DNA of 34,324 bases from a virus (taxonomy: Duplodnaviria > Caudoviricetes), in the IMG/VR virus record IMGVR_UViG_3300033067_000541, positions 1 through 34,324 of that record. The stretch is one strand, 5' to 3'. The number at the start of each line of letters is the position of its first letter. The stretch's first letter is position 1. The notes under the pieces were generated by a model. That model did not search any database and was not told the DNA's origin. It saw only the letters and a list, made by a program, of their open reading frames with translations. Both the position numbers and the translations under genes were made by a program. Shown piece after piece: positions 34,101 through 34,324 of the stretch.

Positions 34101-34324
34101 CAGGCCGCCTCCTTCTCGCGTTCCAGCATCGCCAATCGCTTGTCCGGTTGCGCTGAATGGGTAACGGCATGGTGCGTCGGGCAGTAGGATGATCCTTCGA
34201 TCCGGGGGCAGCCGCAGAAGCCGAAGCCCTTCTCCTTGGGATCGCCCATCGGGTAGCGGCATGAGCCGTACTGCAGGTCCGTCAGGCCAACCGAGCCAGG
34301 TACAACGGCTTGCACAGGCAGGGG
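34100..34324 (-). CDS. gcrA: GcrA-family cell-cycle regulator, C-terminal part (5' end outside the window)
   Basis: LTDL...SCRYPMGDP....FGFCG.....GSSYC..H is the GcrA C-terminal Cys motif. Confidence 0.88.
   Translation of the reverse strand, partial: PLPVQAVVPGSVGLTDLQYGSCRYPMGDPKEKGFGFCGCPRIEGSSYCPTHHAVTHSAQPDKRLAMLEREKEAA

Larger units (their letters stand above)
1..34324 (-). mobile_element. Podovirus-type phage/prophage segment (BPP-1/T7-like virion module) of a probable alphaproteobacterial host; both ends lie outside the window
   Basis: Co-oriented, translationally coupled gene order: terS, terL, portal, scaffold, capsid, tubular A/B, three ejection proteins, tail fibre. GcrA-like and CtrA-like genes point to Alphaproteobacteria. 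Confidence 0.95.

Noticed and set aside
33705-34262. ORF-track 185-aa version of the winged-helix gene
   Set aside because: The extension overlaps the GcrA-like gene in another frame; the TGATG-coupled ATG at 34100 with a GGAGG SD is the better start.
1-34324. Genome-wide stop-codon reassignment (suggested by in-frame stops at 15895, 27592 and 12745)
   Set aside because: The three cases use different stops (TGA, TAG, TAA), all three codons terminate many genes in normal ATGA/TGATG/TAATG overlaps, and coding density is high with the standard code.
1-34324. CRISPR array, tRNA, diversity-generating retroelement, integrase/att site, lysis cassette
   Set aside because: No regularly spaced repeats, cloverleaf, reverse transcriptase, recombinase or endolysin motifs were seen by eye; they may lie outside the window.

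Overview
The whole 34.3 kb window is part of one GC-rich tailed-phage or prophage genome, with almost every gene on the minus strand. The host is probably an alphaproteobacterium, inferred from the GcrA-like and CtrA-like genes. In transcription order (right to left): a truncated GcrA-like gene and a CtrA-like DNA-binding-domain-only gene; a run of small coupled ORFs; a NusG/RfaH-family paralogue; a sigma70-like promoter with a ~240-nt structured leader; a reverse-oriented 4-TM moron-like gene; an HNH endonuclease; small and large terminase; a BPP-1/T7-type portal; two fibre/decoration genes; a Bbp19-like gene; scaffold; major capsid; a cement-like protein; tail tubular A; a tail tubular B (nozzle) gene split by one in-frame TGA; a GNAT/gp13-like gene; three ejection proteins; a second HNH; and the start of a T7 gp17-type tail fibre. 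This is a podovirus-type virion module. The standout is the ~3320-aa third ejection protein. It is a polyvalent protein whose cargo modules (two HTH pairs, an unknown domain, LPD23 plus HEXXH peptidase, GNAT, ADP-ribosyltransferase) are each bounded by a recurring [S/E/L]-L-x-Q motif. No integrase, replication or lysis genes were recognised in the window. All family assignments come from motif recognition by eye, not from database searches.
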